A DNA stretch of 59,122 bases, the filler included. It is 9 parts of 9 records of this genome, joined end to end, with 100 filler letters (N's around TTAATTAATTAA, not from the genome) between each part and the next. Parts side by side here need not be neighbours in the genome. Positions count along the whole stretch, not along the records: positions 33,821 to 41,206 come from SRR31156797_120164; positions 41,307 to 46,315 come from SRR31156797_120665; positions 46,416 to 51,472 come from SRR31156797_120833; 6 more parts are not named here. One strand, written 5' to 3'. Shown here in pieces: positions 38,642 to 48,642 of the stretch. The first letter of the stretch is position 1. Each line of letters begins with the position of its first letter. Made by a program: the position numbers and the translations under genes. The notes under the pieces were generated by a model. It ran no database searches and was not told the origin of the DNA. It saw nothing but the letters and a program-made list of their open reading frames with translations.

Positions 38642-38759
38642 CTAAAAACCTGAATCCGTTATGATTTCCGCCCCTGTAAACACCAGCAAGGGATCCAATT
38701 CAAGGGGCCGGCTTGATTTTACGGTAAGCCCTGGTTGCCCCGCGATAAGACCAAACCGG

Positions 38760-39539
38760 TCAATCGATGATGCTAAGGTAGCGATGTTGGTCTGTCAGAC
38801 AACGGCTGACTCGCCACTCGACCGGCCGGCGATCGATACCGAGAGCAAGGCGATCGATTTCCTGCAGGGGGTGGCCGACCTCCAAACCCAGCAATTCGGC
38901 CTCGCGGGCGTTTGCTCCGACGGCGCGAAGATATTCTTCGGCCTGATAGATGGTGACCCCGTATTCCTCTTCGTAAAGTTCATAGAGCGTATTCGGCAGG
39001 TCCTCCTGGGGAATCTCGGCAAGACCCGAAAACCGGGATGCCGAAACGATGATCTTCTCGACGATAGCCGGGCGCCCGCCCATGTCACGAACCCGCCTGA
39101 TGCAGATGACCCTGCTTCCGGCTTTGAGATCGAGTTTGTTTTCCTCGTCTTTGGTCGCTCGTCTGGTTTCGCGATCGATCACATGGCTGGTCGGTAGAAC
39201 CCGCGATCCGTCACGGCCGATCAAGTGGAAAAAGTGGAAAAGGGCCCGGTGCGGATTGTGGGTCGATACAAAGGTGCCGCGCCCCTGTTGGCGGACCAAC
39301 AGTTTCTGCGAGGTCAGTTCGTCCAGCGCCTTGCGAACCGTTCCCTGACTGACGCGGTATTTGTCGGCCAGTTCGAATTCGCTCGGAAGCTTGTCGCCGG
39401 GGCGCCATGCCCCCGCAAGCAACTGTTGAATGATCGAATCCTTCACCTGTTTATAGAGCGGTCGGAAATCCACATCGGCCGAAGCGCCGGTAATTTCCTG
39501 TAACGCACTATTCGCGGCTTTTTCGGCCGATTCCGCCAT
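38760..39539 (-). CDS. GntR (HutC subfamily, UTRA domain) regulator, probable regulator of suyAB
   Basis: PLYKQVK, LPSE.ELA, VSQGTVRKAL, QGRGTFV, C-terminal UTRA; divergent from suyAB. Confidence 0.92.
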   Translation of the reverse strand: MAESAEKAANSALQEITGASADVDFRPLYKQVKDSIIQQLLAGAWRPGDKLPSEFELADKYRVSQGTVRKALDELTSQKLLVRQQGRGTFVSTHNPHRALFHFFHLIGRDGSRVLPTSHVIDRETRRATKDEENKLDLKAGSRVICIRRVRDMGGRPAIVEKIIVSASRFSGLAEIPQEDLPNTLYELYEEEYGVTIYQAEEYLRAVGANAREAELLGLEVGHPLQEIDRLALGIDRRPVEWRVSRCLTDQHRYLSIID

Positions 39540-39613
39540 TTTTCCTTTCCTCCCGCACCGACGCCTTTATTAAAACGAGGGCCGACGTTTGAAAAGTGTC
39601 TTACCTGATAAAG

Positions 39614-39625
39614 TCTTATATAAGA
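39614..39625. promoter_or_regulatory. HutC/GntR-type operator
   Basis: Perfect palindrome TCTTATATAAGA between the divergent gntR and suyA, just before TTGACA at 39640. Confidence 0.7.
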
Positions 39626-39714
39626 TATATGATTTTCGATTGACACGGTTACGTCAACCCCAATAGCTTAACCGCCTGTCTAAAGCCGCAAGTTTCCAGC
39701 GAAGGGAGGACAAA

Positions 39715-40002
39715 GTGGCATCTCCAGATTTCCTTGTTCATGACTCCGCCGACACCGTCGGCGTCGTCGTCGTCGAGGACGCAGAAGCCGGTAAGGATTT
39801 GACCGGCTGGGTGATGGATACCGACGAAACCATCATCGTCAAAGCCCTCGATTCGATCCCGTTGGGTCACAAGGTGGCACTCGCCGAAATCAAAAACGGC
39901 GACACCATCATCAAATATGACAGTGACATCGGGAAGGCCGTGGCCGACATCGCCAAGGGCGGCCACGTGCATGTGCAAAACGCCAAGACGAAGAGGTGGT
40001 AG
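39715..40002 (+). CDS. suyA: (2R)-sulfolactate sulfo-lyase alpha subunit (SAF domain)
   Basis: IPLGHKVAL...[11 protein letters not shown]...[14 protein letters not shown]. Confidence 0.85.
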   Translation: MASPDFLVHDSADTVGVVVVEDAEAGKDLTGWVMDTDETIIVKALDSIPLGHKVALAEIKNGDTIIKYDSDIGKAVADIAKGGHVHVQNAKTKRW

Positions 40003-40004
40003 AA

Positions 40005-41171
40005 ATGGCTAAACCAACCTTTTGGGGTTACCGCCGCGAGAACGGCCGGGTTGGCGTCCGCAACCATGTCGTAATCCTGCCCCTCGACGATCTGTCCAAT
40101 TCCGCCTGCGAGGCGGTCGCCAACAACATCAAAGGCACGATGGCGCTGCCACATCACTATGGCCGCCTGCAGTTCGGTGAAGACCTCGAACTTCATTTCC
40201 GCACCATGATCGGTACGGGCTGCAACCCGAACGTCGCCGCCGTCGTTGTCATCGGCATCGAGCCCAAGTGGACTCAGCGCATCGTCGACGGCATCAAAAA
40301 AACCGGCAAGCCGGTCGAAGGCTTCTCGATCGAACAGAACGGCGATATCTCGACCATCGCCTCGGCTTCCCGCAAGGCCAAGGAATTCGTGCAATGGGCC
40401 AGCGAACTTCGCCGCGAGGAATGTGGCGTTGAGGAGCTTTGGGTTTCGGTCAAATGCGGTGAATCCGACACCACGTCGGGCTTGGCTTCCAATCCGACGG
40501 TCGGCAACTTCATCGACAAGTTCGACGCCTGGGGCGCCACCACCTGTTTCGGTGAAACGTCTGAAATCACCGGCGCCGAGCACGTTTGTGCGACGCGGGC
40601 CGCCTCGCCGGAAGTCGGCGAGAAGTTCATGAAGACCTGGAACGCCTACAACGATTTCATCCTTGCCGAAAAAACCGACGACCTGTCGGAATCGCAGCCG
40701 ACCGCCGGCAATATTCTAGGCGGGCTCACCACCATCGAGGAAAAGGCTTTCGGCAACCTGCAGAAAATCGGCAAAAAATCCAGCTTCATCGATGTTCTGG
40801 AACCCGCCGAAGCCCCATCCAAGGGACCGGGCCTGTATTTCATGGACACGTCATCGGCCGCTGCCGAATGCGTGACCCTTCAGGCCGCAGCCGGCTACGT
40901 CGTGCACTTGTTCCCAACCGGCCAGGGGAATATTATCGGCAACCCGATCGAGCCCGTTATCAAACTTACGGCCAACCCGAGGACGGTACGAACCATGGGT
41001 GAACACGTCGATGTTGATGTTACCGGCATCCTGCGCCGGGAGATGAACCTCGACCAGGCCGGCGATGCGTTGATCGACATGGCGATACGAACGGCGAACG
41101 GCCGACTAACGGCTGCCGAGGCGCTCGGCCATCGGGAATTCGTAATGACCAAATTGTACCGCAGTGCATGA
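40005..41171 (+). CDS. suyB: (2R)-sulfolactate sulfo-lyase beta subunit (UxaA family)
   Basis: [48 protein letters not shown]-terminal TKLYRSA as in SuyB. Confidence 0.88.
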   Translation: MAKPTFWGYRRENGRVGVRNHVVILPLDDLSNSACEAVANNIKGTMALPHHYGRLQFGEDLELHFRTMIGTGCNPNVAAVVVIGIEPKWTQRIVDGIKKTGKPVEGFSIEQNGDISTIASASRKAKEFVQWASELRREECGVEELWVSVKCGESDTTSGLASNPTVGNFIDKFDAWGATTCFGETSEITGAEHVCATRAASPEVGEKFMKTWNAYNDFILAEKTDDLSESQPTAGNILGGLTTIEEKAFGNLQKIGKKSSFIDVLEPAEAPSKGPGLYFMDTSSAAAECVTLQAAAGYVVHLFPTGQGNIIGNPIEPVIKLTANPRTVRTMGEHVDVDVTGILRREMNLDQAGDALIDMAIRTANGRLTAAEALGHREFVMTKLYRSA

Positions 41172-41179
41172 GTTGGAAC

Positions 41180-41206
41180 GGGCCGCTCCCTGATAGGGAG
41201 CGGCCC
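41180..41206 (+). terminator. Stem-loop after suyB (U tract lost at contig end)
   Basis: GGGCCGCTCCCT-gat-AGGGAGCGGCCC. Confidence 0.75.
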
Positions 41207-41306
41207 NNNNNNNNNNNNNNNNNNNNNNNNNNNNNNNNNNNNNNNNNNNNTTAATTAATTAANNNNNNNNNNNNNNNNNNNNNNNNNNNNNNNNNNNNNN
41301 NNNNNN
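41207..41306. other. Artificial contig spacer
   Basis: N44-TTAATTAATTAA-N44. Confidence 0.98.
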
Positions 41307-41471
41307 GTGGCGGCGGCTGTCCGGGATTACACAGGCCGGGTTGCCGCGTCCATAAGCATGACAGCCCCTCTTCCCCGGATGACGGATGAACGCATCCATG
41401 AAATTATCCCCTCTCTTCTGATAGCAGCCGCCGAAATTTCCAGGCAGATGGGCTACTCAATATCAAATTAG
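41307..41471 (+). CDS. IclR family regulator, C-terminal fragment
   Basis: Manual translation VAAAVRDYTGRVAASISMTAPLPRM...AAAEISRQMGY. Confidence 0.8.
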   Translation: MAAAVRDYTGRVAASISMTAPLPRMTDERIHEIIPSLLIAAAEISRQMGYSISN

Positions 41472-41532
41472 ATTCCTTCTGCTGTAGAGAATCTAATCGT
41501 TTCACTTGTATAAGGGCGCATGAATCTATAAT

Positions 41533-41547
41533 ATTATAATTTATAAT
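41533..41547. promoter_or_regulatory. Putative operator, copy 1
   Basis: 7-1-7 palindrome ATTATAA-T-TTATAAT upstream of gntR; repeated at 42356. Confidence 0.55.
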
Positions 41548-41573
41548 AAAGACAGTATCAGGAGCTGAACGGT

Positions 41574-42236
41574 ATGGCGCAAAAACACTTGAGTCTGAAT
41601 GAGATCGCCTACAATGCGATAAGAGAAAAGATCATGCAGGGCGAGTTTGAACCGGGCTGCAGGATTCGGGAGGACCATCTGGCGGAAGAGATCTCCATGA
41701 GCCGTACACCCGTCCGTGAGGCCATCAACCGCCTGGTCTCGGAAGGCCTGATTATCAGCAGAGCGCGAAAGGGACTGTATCTTATTGATCCCAGTGATGA
41801 GGAGATCGCCCATCACATCGATATACGGATCGCCCTAGAAAAACTGGCGGTGGAAGCCTGTATCGATGCTATCGATAAGGACGGACTGGATGAGATTGAA
41901 GAGAACGTCGATGAGTTCGAGTTCCGTCTCTATAAAGGTAAATTTGAACGGTGTAATGAGTTAGACGGAGAATTCCACCTCCTGATCGCTCGTCTTTCGG
42001 GTAATAAGAAGCTTTATACTATGCTCAGAGAGCTGTCCTCTTTCTTTATGCAGACAAGGAATCTGGAGAAAAAGGAAAATCCCAGAGAGAAGAATGAAAG
42101 GACCTTGGGAGAGCATCGGGAAGTCCTTGAGGCTATCCGCGCAGGAAAGAAAAAAGCCGCCAAAGAGGCCATTGCCCTGAACATCGATGCCATGCGCGAT
42201 AATCTGCATCTTGAAAGTCCCATTCATAATGACTGA
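41574..42236 (+). CDS. GntR (FadR/FCD) family regulator
   Basis: SRTPVREAI HTH; D.EFH...SGN...EH FCD motifs. Confidence 0.93.
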   Translation: MAQKHLSLNEIAYNAIREKIMQGEFEPGCRIREDHLAEEISMSRTPVREAINRLVSEGLIISRARKGLYLIDPSDEEIAHHIDIRIALEKLAVEACIDAIDKDGLDEIEENVDEFEFRLYKGKFERCNELDGEFHLLIARLSGNKKLYTMLRELSSFFMQTRNLEKKENPREKNERTLGEHREVLEAIRAGKKKAAKEAIALNIDAMRDNLHLESPIHND

Positions 42237-42355
42237 CCATACAGTATATAACACCGGTAACTGAAAGATTCAGCTACAGTTTTCAATGATAATAGGGGAG
42301 CGGAATTGCTCCTCGTCGTTCTGTAATATCAATATCTTCTGTTAATTTCTAATAA

Positions 42356-42398
42356 ATTATAATTTATAACTTGATCTTTGAGGAGCTAATGATATAAT
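42356..42398 (+). promoter_or_regulatory. Putative operator copy 2 and sigma70 promoter of the adh-larA operon
   Basis: ATTATAATTTATAAC immediately followed by TTGATC-N16-TATAAT. Confidence 0.55.
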
Positions 42399-42426
42399 CA
42401 TTATATCTATCAGGAGGATATTAGAC

Positions 42427-43695
42427 GTGAACAATATAGAAAAAGCTCAGAAGCTGCTTAAAGATTTCAAGGGAGATAACTATCTCTTCGGCTCCGGCGT
42501 ACTGAAGGACGTGGGGCCCGTCGCCGCCAAACTCGGTAAGAAGGCCATCATCATCCGGGACAACTTCCCCGGCGCCGACGACTTCGTAGCCGTATTCCGA
42601 AAATCCATTGAAGACGCGGGCGTCCAGGTCGTCGCCGAAGAAGCGGGGGCCAGACCCAACTGCCCCCTGGAGGACCTGGCCCGGATCTCGGATGCCCTGA
42701 AAAAGTCTGAAGCCGATATCATCGTCAGCTTCGGCGGGGGAAGCACCATCGACGCGGCCAAGTCTGCCGAGGTTCTCAGAACCCTGGGCGGCGAGATCGA
42801 GGATTACTTCGGTGTCGGACTCGTAACCAAGGCCTGCGAAGAGAAGGGTATTGCCCTCAGCCCCCATATCGCCATCGAAACGGTCGCTTCTTCGGGCGCC
42901 CATCTCACCAAGTACTCCAATATCACCGATGTCAGCACCGGCCAGAAAAAGCTGGTCGTCGACCCCGCCATCGTGCCCTCCCACCCCGTATTCGACTTCT
43001 CCGTAACCTACGGATTGCCCATGGGCGTGACCATGGACGGCGGACTGGACGGGATCGCCCACTGTCTGGAGGTGTTCTACAGCGCCGTCGGAACCGACGG
43101 CTATGAGACCTGTAAGGAGATCGCCGAGGCCGGTATCTCCCTGGTGGTAGAGTACCTTCCCAAGGTCATCGCCGATCCGAAGGACACCGCCTCCAGAGAC
43201 GCCCTGTGTCTGGCCACCGATATGGGCGGATACGCCATCATGGTGGGCGGTACCAACGGCGGGCACCTGACCAGCTTCTCCCTGGTGGACGTCCTCTCCC
43301 ATGGACGGGCCTGTGCCATTATGAACCCCTACTACTCCGTATTCTTCGCTCCCGCCGTGGAGAAGGAGCTGAAGTTTGTGGGTAACATCTTTAAGGGCTA
43401 TGGGTTCAGCGACGCCGATTTCGAGAGCCTCTCCGGCAAGGAGCTGGGTGAAGCCGCCGCCAACGCCATGTTCGCTCTGGCAAAGAAGATCAACTTCCCC
43501 CTGACCCTGGGCGAGGTAGACGGTTTCAGCGACGCCCATATCGAGCGCGCCCTGAGCGCCGCCAAGAATCCCCAGCTGAAGATGAAGCTGCAGAACATGC
43601 CCGTTCCCCTTACGGCCGAGCAGATCGACGATTATATGGGCCCCATTCTCCAGGCCGCTAAGACCGGGGATATCTCTTTAATTAAAAACCTGTAG
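42427..43695 (+). CDS. Iron-containing alcohol dehydrogenase family protein
   Basis: GGGSTIDAAK; metal ligands DGIAHCLE, GH...SHG; GTG start after AGGAGG. Confidence 0.9.
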   Translation: MNNIEKAQKLLKDFKGDNYLFGSGVLKDVGPVAAKLGKKAIIIRDNFPGADDFVAVFRKSIEDAGVQVVAEEAGARPNCPLEDLARISDALKKSEADIIVSFGGGSTIDAAKSAEVLRTLGGEIEDYFGVGLVTKACEEKGIALSPHIAIETVASSGAHLTKYSNITDVSTGQKKLVVDPAIVPSHPVFDFSVTYGLPMGVTMDGGLDGIAHCLEVFYSAVGTDGYETCKEIAEAGISLVVEYLPKVIADPKDTASRDALCLATDMGGYAIMVGGTNGGHLTSFSLVDVLSHGRACAIMNPYYSVFFAPAVEKELKFVGNIFKGYGFSDADFESLSGKELGEAAANAMFALAKKINFPLTLGEVDGFSDAHIERALSAAKNPQLKMKLQNMPVPLTAEQIDDYMGPILQAAKTGDISLIKNL

Positions 43696-43714
43696 GATCT
43701 TAAAAGGAAGGATT

Positions 43715-45088
43715 ATGACGACGTCTTTTGAATTAGGTGATAAAAAGTTCCGGCTGGAGCTGCCCGAGCGTACCGATATACTCGGAATGAAGGGGGCTTC
43801 CAGGGTGGAAAATCCTGTAGCCGCTATGAGGGATATGCTGAACAATCCCATCGGCGGCAAGGGCTTTCCCACCATCGTAAAGGAAAAGCTGGAAGAGAAA
43901 CCCGACGGAGACGCCGTCATCGTTATTTCCGATAATACGAGACCTGTTCCCTATAAAGGGGAGCAGGGCATACTCCTTCCCCTGATCAGGGAGCTGATGG
44001 ACGCCGGGATGCCGGCGGAGAAGATCACCGTGCTCTGCGCAAACGGAACCCATGTCCCCCTGGCGGACGAGGTGTTCAGGGAGATGATCGATCCCGAGGT
44101 CTTTCATCTGGGCGTGAGGGTGATCAATCACGACTGCCTGGATACGGATAACCTGAAGTTCCTGGGCTATTCGAAATCGGGGACGAAGATCGAGATCAAC
44201 AGGCTTTACTGCGAATCCCACATCAAGATCCTGACCGGTCTTGTGGAGAGCCACTTTATGGCCGGCGTGTCGGGAGGGCGGAAGTCTATCTGTCCCGGAC
44301 TGATCGGCGAGGACTCCACCTTCGTCTTCCACGGAGTGGAGAATCTGGACCACGCCAAGTCCACCGACCTGGTTCTGGAAGGCAATCCCTGTCACGACGA
44401 GGCCCTTGAGGTGGCTCAGACCATTGGCGCCGACTTTATCGTGAACGTGACCCTGGACCACGACTACAATGTGACCGGCTATTTTGCCGGGGATATGGTC
44501 GAGGCCCATCTGGCCGCGTATGAGAAGGTAAAGGCATCTGTGGGGATCGAGAACACCGGTCCCTATGACATCGTCATCACCCATGCGGGCTTTGTGGGAA
44601 AGAACCACTATCAGGCCGCCAAGACCGGTACCGCCGCCCTACCCCTTCTGAAGGAGGACAGCGTTCTGATCATGGGGGCCGACTGTATAGACAGCGATCC
44701 CATAGGGAAGGACACGTACCGCAGGGTTCTTCCCCATCTGAAGGGCAAGAGCAGCGATGATTTCATCGCCCTGCTCCGTTCGGAGGAGTGGGAGTTCGTA
44801 CCCGACCAGTGGCAGGTGCAGATGTGGGCCAAGCTCTTCCAGGTCATCCCCCAGGAGAACTTCATCTACTACGCCCCCCAGATCGACGAGAAGGACTTCG
44901 ATATACTCTCCGGCCGAAACGGAAACGATTTCCTCCCCGAGGAAAAACGCTACCGTTCGGAAGACGGGAACATTCCCCTCTTCCTGGACTCCGCTCTGAA
45001 GGCCGTGATCCGGAAGATGGAGTCGGAAGGACGGAAGAATGTCAGGATAGCCTGGCTGTCCGACGGCCCCTACGGAATTGTGATTTAA
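43715..45088 (+). CDS. larA: LarA-superfamily nickel-pincer racemase/epimerase
   Basis: SDNTRP, ANGTH, NHD, HFMAGVSGGRKSICPG, NP.H, NHYQAAK, DQWQ.Q. Confidence 0.9.
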   Translation: MTTSFELGDKKFRLELPERTDILGMKGASRVENPVAAMRDMLNNPIGGKGFPTIVKEKLEEKPDGDAVIVISDNTRPVPYKGEQGILLPLIRELMDAGMPAEKITVLCANGTHVPLADEVFREMIDPEVFHLGVRVINHDCLDTDNLKFLGYSKSGTKIEINRLYCESHIKILTGLVESHFMAGVSGGRKSICPGLIGEDSTFVFHGVENLDHAKSTDLVLEGNPCHDEALEVAQTIGADFIVNVTLDHDYNVTGYFAGDMVEAHLAAYEKVKASVGIENTGPYDIVITHAGFVGKNHYQAAKTGTAALPLLKEDSVLIMGADCIDSDPIGKDTYRRVLPHLKGKSSDDFIALLRSEEWEFVPDQWQVQMWAKLFQVIPQENFIYYAPQIDEKDFDILSGRNGNDFLPEEKRYRSEDGNIPLFLDSALKAVIRKMESEGRKNVRIAWLSDGPYGIVI

Positions 45089-45104
45089 GGGGATTTGGTG
45101 TACA

Positions 45105-45752
45105 GTGAGGTCTATGACTGTCTTCAAGCCAAAGGATCTCATTGCCCAGAGACTGCTTTCCTATCTTCTGTTCGATTCTCCCCGGACAGAGGACGGGAAG
45201 CTCCCCCCTGCCTCCTTTTTTGCGGAGACCTTCTCTGTCTCCATCGTTACCATACGCGAAATCCTGAAATCCATGGAGGCCATCGGCATCCTGAGCATGG
45301 AGCATGGCCGGGGGATCTTTCTTAATCACGGCGATACGATCTTCTCCGAGCTCTTCGAGACCCGCATCCTGATAGAGGGGCACTGCGCCCGTCTGGCCGC
45401 CGGCAGGGCGGGGGAGGCGAAGACGGATGATCTGAAAGAGGCGGTCGCTCTGCTGGGCGAGGCCGTCGGCACCTCCAATATGGAGCTCTATACGAACGCG
45501 GACTTTGATTTTCATATGGAGATCGCCTCCATCAGCGGCAATCTGGTCCTGGAGCGAACCCTGCGCAATATCAGGATCTTCCTCTATGTGCAGCAGAAGG
45601 AGACCAACAGGGCCCTTCTCAAATCAAGGGAAGAGTCTCTGACCGAGCATCAGGCCATACTGGAGGCCGTCCTTTCCGGCGATCCCGACCGGGCCGAAGA
45701 GGCCATGAAATCCCATCTCGACCATACCAGAAGCCTCTGGGAGAAAGCCTGA
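45105..45752 (+). CDS. GntR (FadR/FCD) family regulator
   Basis: KLPP...AE.F.VS..TIRE, HGRGIF, D.DFH..IA..SGN, EH..I. Confidence 0.9.
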   Translation: MRSMTVFKPKDLIAQRLLSYLLFDSPRTEDGKLPPASFFAETFSVSIVTIREILKSMEAIGILSMEHGRGIFLNHGDTIFSELFETRILIEGHCARLAAGRAGEAKTDDLKEAVALLGEAVGTSNMELYTNADFDFHMEIASISGNLVLERTLRNIRIFLYVQQKETNRALLKSREESLTEHQAILEAVLSGDPDRAEEAMKSHLDHTRSLWEKA

Positions 45753-45755
45753 CTC

Positions 45756-46315
45756 GTGTCCGAACGCTGTCTACGCTGCTTTCGCCCCCTGTCTTACTGC
45801 CTCTGTTCCGATATCAGCCCCATTGACACAGGGGTTAAATTCGTCGTTTTGATGCACCCCTGGGAGGCCAAAAGGCAGAGGACAGGGACCGGCAGGCTGA
45901 CGGCCCTGTCGTTGTCGGACGGAGAACTTGTCGTTTCTAAGGAACCTGACCGGAGCGGCAGGCTCCGGGAGCTCTGCGCTGACGAGCGCTACAATACGGT
46001 GGTCCTCTATCCCGGAGAGGAGGCCGTGACGGCGTCCGAGCTGACCCATCTGTATCCGGCAGAGGAGGGAAAGAGGCTTCTTGTGGTTCTCGTGGACGCC
46101 ACATGGGCCCTGGCCAGGAAGATGATGGGACGCAGCGCTCTGCTGCAGAGCATGCCCCGGATCTCCTTCGTCCGCCCCTATCGCTCGGCTTTCCGCTTCA
46201 AAACCCAGCCCGCCGAGTACTGCCTCTCCACCATAGAGTCGGCCTACTATCTGATCCGGGAGCTTCAGGAGGGCGGCGCGGTAGACGGCGGTATTTCCGC
46301 CGAGCCCCTGATGGG
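45756..46315 (+). CDS. DTW-domain tRNA-uridine aminocarboxypropyltransferase (3' truncated)
   Basis: RCLRC....YCLC, MHP.E, TGRL, LYP, DATW, LSTIES. Confidence 0.9.
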
Positions 46316-46415
46316 NNNNNNNNNNNNNNNNNNNNNNNNNNNNNNNNNNNNNNNNNNNNTTAATTAATTAANNNNNNNNNNNNNNNNNNNNNNNNNNNNN
46401 NNNNNNNNNNNNNNN
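46316..46415. other. Artificial contig spacer
   Basis: N44-TTAATTAATTAA-N44. Confidence 0.98.
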
Positions 46416-47293
46416 CCGTGCAGCACGCCTGTTTCACCGGCCGTAATGCTGGCCGAATGCTTGCCCGTTTTCAATCCCAGCCCGCCGGCTTCAACGCCGG
46501 TCATTTCAACCGGATCGTCCAGAAAGGGATAAAAGAGCCCCATGGAATTGCTGCCCGAACCCACGCAGGCAATGAGCAGGTCCGGAAGGCGCCCGGTCTT
46601 TTCCAATATCTGCGCCCTGGCTTCCCTGCCGATGACGGATTGAAAATCCCTGACCACCATGGGATAAGGGTGCGGACCTATTACCGAGCCCATGATGTAA
46701 TGGCTGTCCCTGACATTGGTGACCCAGTGACGGAATCCTTCATTTACCGCATCTTTTAAACTCCGGCTGCCCTGGTCCACGGGCACGACTTCCGCGCCCA
46801 ACAGCTTCATGCGGATCACGTTCAGTTCCTGGCGTTCCATGTCCAGGCGCCCCATGAAAACAATGCAATCCAAACCCAAGAGCGCGGCCGCGGTGGCTGA
46901 AGCCACTCCATGCTGGCCTGCGCCCGTCTCGGCGATGATGCGTTTTTTACCCATTCTTTTGGCCAGCAGGGCCATACCCAGGGTATTGTTGATCTTGTGG
47001 GCGCCGGTGTGGGCCAGGTCTTCCCGTTTTAAAAATATTCTGGCCCCGCCAAGGTCGGCGCTAAGTTTTTTGGCTTCATAAAGCGGCGTGGCCCGGCCAA
47101 CGTAATCAGCCAACAGCCCGGCGAGTTCTTCCTGAAAGCTTTTATCGGCGGCGGCCTGCAAGTAAGCCGCCTCAAATTCCTGCAAAGCCGGCATTAATGT
47201 TTCCGGCACAAATCTGCCGCCAAAGGGGCCGAAACGGCCTTGCGCGTCAGGCAGACTTTCCGGCGTTTTGGATAAAACTTGCAAGTTTCTCAT
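46416..47293 (-). CDS. trpB: Tryptophan synthase beta chain (3' truncated)
   Basis: [43 protein letters not shown] 47293 after AGGAG, overlapping trpF by 47 nt. Confidence 0.97.
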
Positions 47294-47855
47294 GATCTTT
47301 TCTCCTGATTTCCGATTCAACGCCGCTGGATACGTCCACGGCATATGGTTTAACTGTTTCAATAGCCCTGGCCACATTGTCCGGATTTAATCCGCCGGCC
47401 AAAATGACTGTCCTGTTTTTTGCTAATTCGACAGCCTTGTTCCAGTCAAAGGTCAGGCCGGTTCCGCCGGCCGCCTTTTTTGAAAAAGTGTCAAGCAATA
47501 TGGTCGCGTTCTGGTAAACCCGATGATCCAGTTCGTCATCCGGCGCCACCCGGATCACCCTGATAATCCGGCCGCCGATCCTGTCCATGTCGTCGTCGTT
47601 TATTTGGCCATGAACCTGCACCGCGTCCAGGCCGCAAAAGTCTCGAACCCGGCAAATTTCATCAACATCCGCGTTTACAAACACGCCGACTGTTGAAACA
47701 AAAGGCGGGAGTCGGTCTATTATTTCCTTTGCCTCGGCCATCTTCATTCGGCGGGGGCTTTCGGCGAAAATAAAACCCAGGGCGTCGGCGCCCAGTTCCG
47801 CCGCAGCCATGGCGTCTTCGATACGGGTGATTCCGCAAACCTTAACCCGGACCAT
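47247..47855 (-). CDS. trpF: Phosphoribosylanthranilate isomerase
   Basis: [36 protein letters not shown]. Confidence 0.96.
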   Translation of the reverse strand: MVRVKVCGITRIEDAMAAAELGADALGFIFAESPRRMKMAEAKEIIDRLPPFVSTVGVFVNADVDEICRVRDFCGLDAVQVHGQINDDDMDRIGGRIIRVIRVAPDDELDHRVYQNATILLDTFSKKAAGGTGLTFDWNKAVELAKNRTVILAGGLNPDNVARAIETVKPYAVDVSSGVESEIRRKDHEKLASFIQNAGKSA

Positions 47856-47857
47856 GA

Positions 47858-48640
47858 TCAGGCCTCCACACCGGCCAGCGACCGCAAAGTCTGCGCCGGG
47901 TCGGGCGATTTCATTAAGGTCGTTCCGATCAGGAAAGCATCCAGCCCCGCTTTATTAAGCCTTGCTACATCTTCGGGACTGTTGATGCCGCTTTCGCAGA
48001 CCACGAATACATCCCGCGGGATTTGAGGACGGATTTTCAGGCTTGTCTCAAGGTCGACGCCCAGTGTTTTAAGATTCCGGTTGTTAATGCCGACCAGTTT
48101 CGGATTCAGTTCCAACACGGCCGGTAGTTCATCTTCCGCATGGACTTCAATTAATGCCGTCAGGTTTAGTTCTCCGGTCAAGTCATACAAGTCCTTTAAC
48201 TGCTCCGGGTCCAGGGCGGCCGCAATAAGCAGGATCGCGTCCGCGCCGGCCGCCCTGGCCTGGTACACCTGCAACGGATCGATTATGAAATCCTTCCTTA
48301 ATATTGGAATATCAACGCTCGCCCGAGCTTTTTTCAGATCTTCCAGCGACCCGTTAAAATACGGCCCGTCGGTCAGAACAGACAGGGCCGCGGCGCCGGC
48401 GGCCTGGTAAGTTTCGGCCCTGGCCGCGACATCGACATGGTTATCCAGCGCCCCGGCCGAAGGAGACGCCTTTTTGATTTCGGCTATAATGGGAATGGCG
48501 CCGCATTCCTTCAAACCGCTTAAAAAGTTACGAACAGGCGGGGCTTCCCGGGCTATTGCTTTCAAATCATTGCCCGGTCCTGATTTCAACTCCGCGACTT
48601 CCTGCCTTTTGGCGGCCAGTATTTTATCCAGGACAGACAT
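47858..48640 (-). CDS. trpC: Indole-3-glycerol-phosphate synthase
   Basis: IIAEIKKASPS, LSVLTD, LRKDFI, GINNRNL, ESGI. Confidence 0.97.
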   Translation of the reverse strand: MSVLDKILAAKRQEVAELKSGPGNDLKAIAREAPPVRNFLSGLKECGAIPIIAEIKKASPSAGALDNHVDVAARAETYQAAGAAALSVLTDGPYFNGSLEDLKKARASVDIPILRKDFIIDPLQVYQARAAGADAILLIAAALDPEQLKDLYDLTGELNLTALIEVHAEDELPAVLELNPKLVGINNRNLKTLGVDLETSLKIRPQIPRDVFVVCESGINSPEDVARLNKAGLDAFLIGTTLMKSPDPAQTLRSLAGVEA

Positions 48641-48642
48641 TT

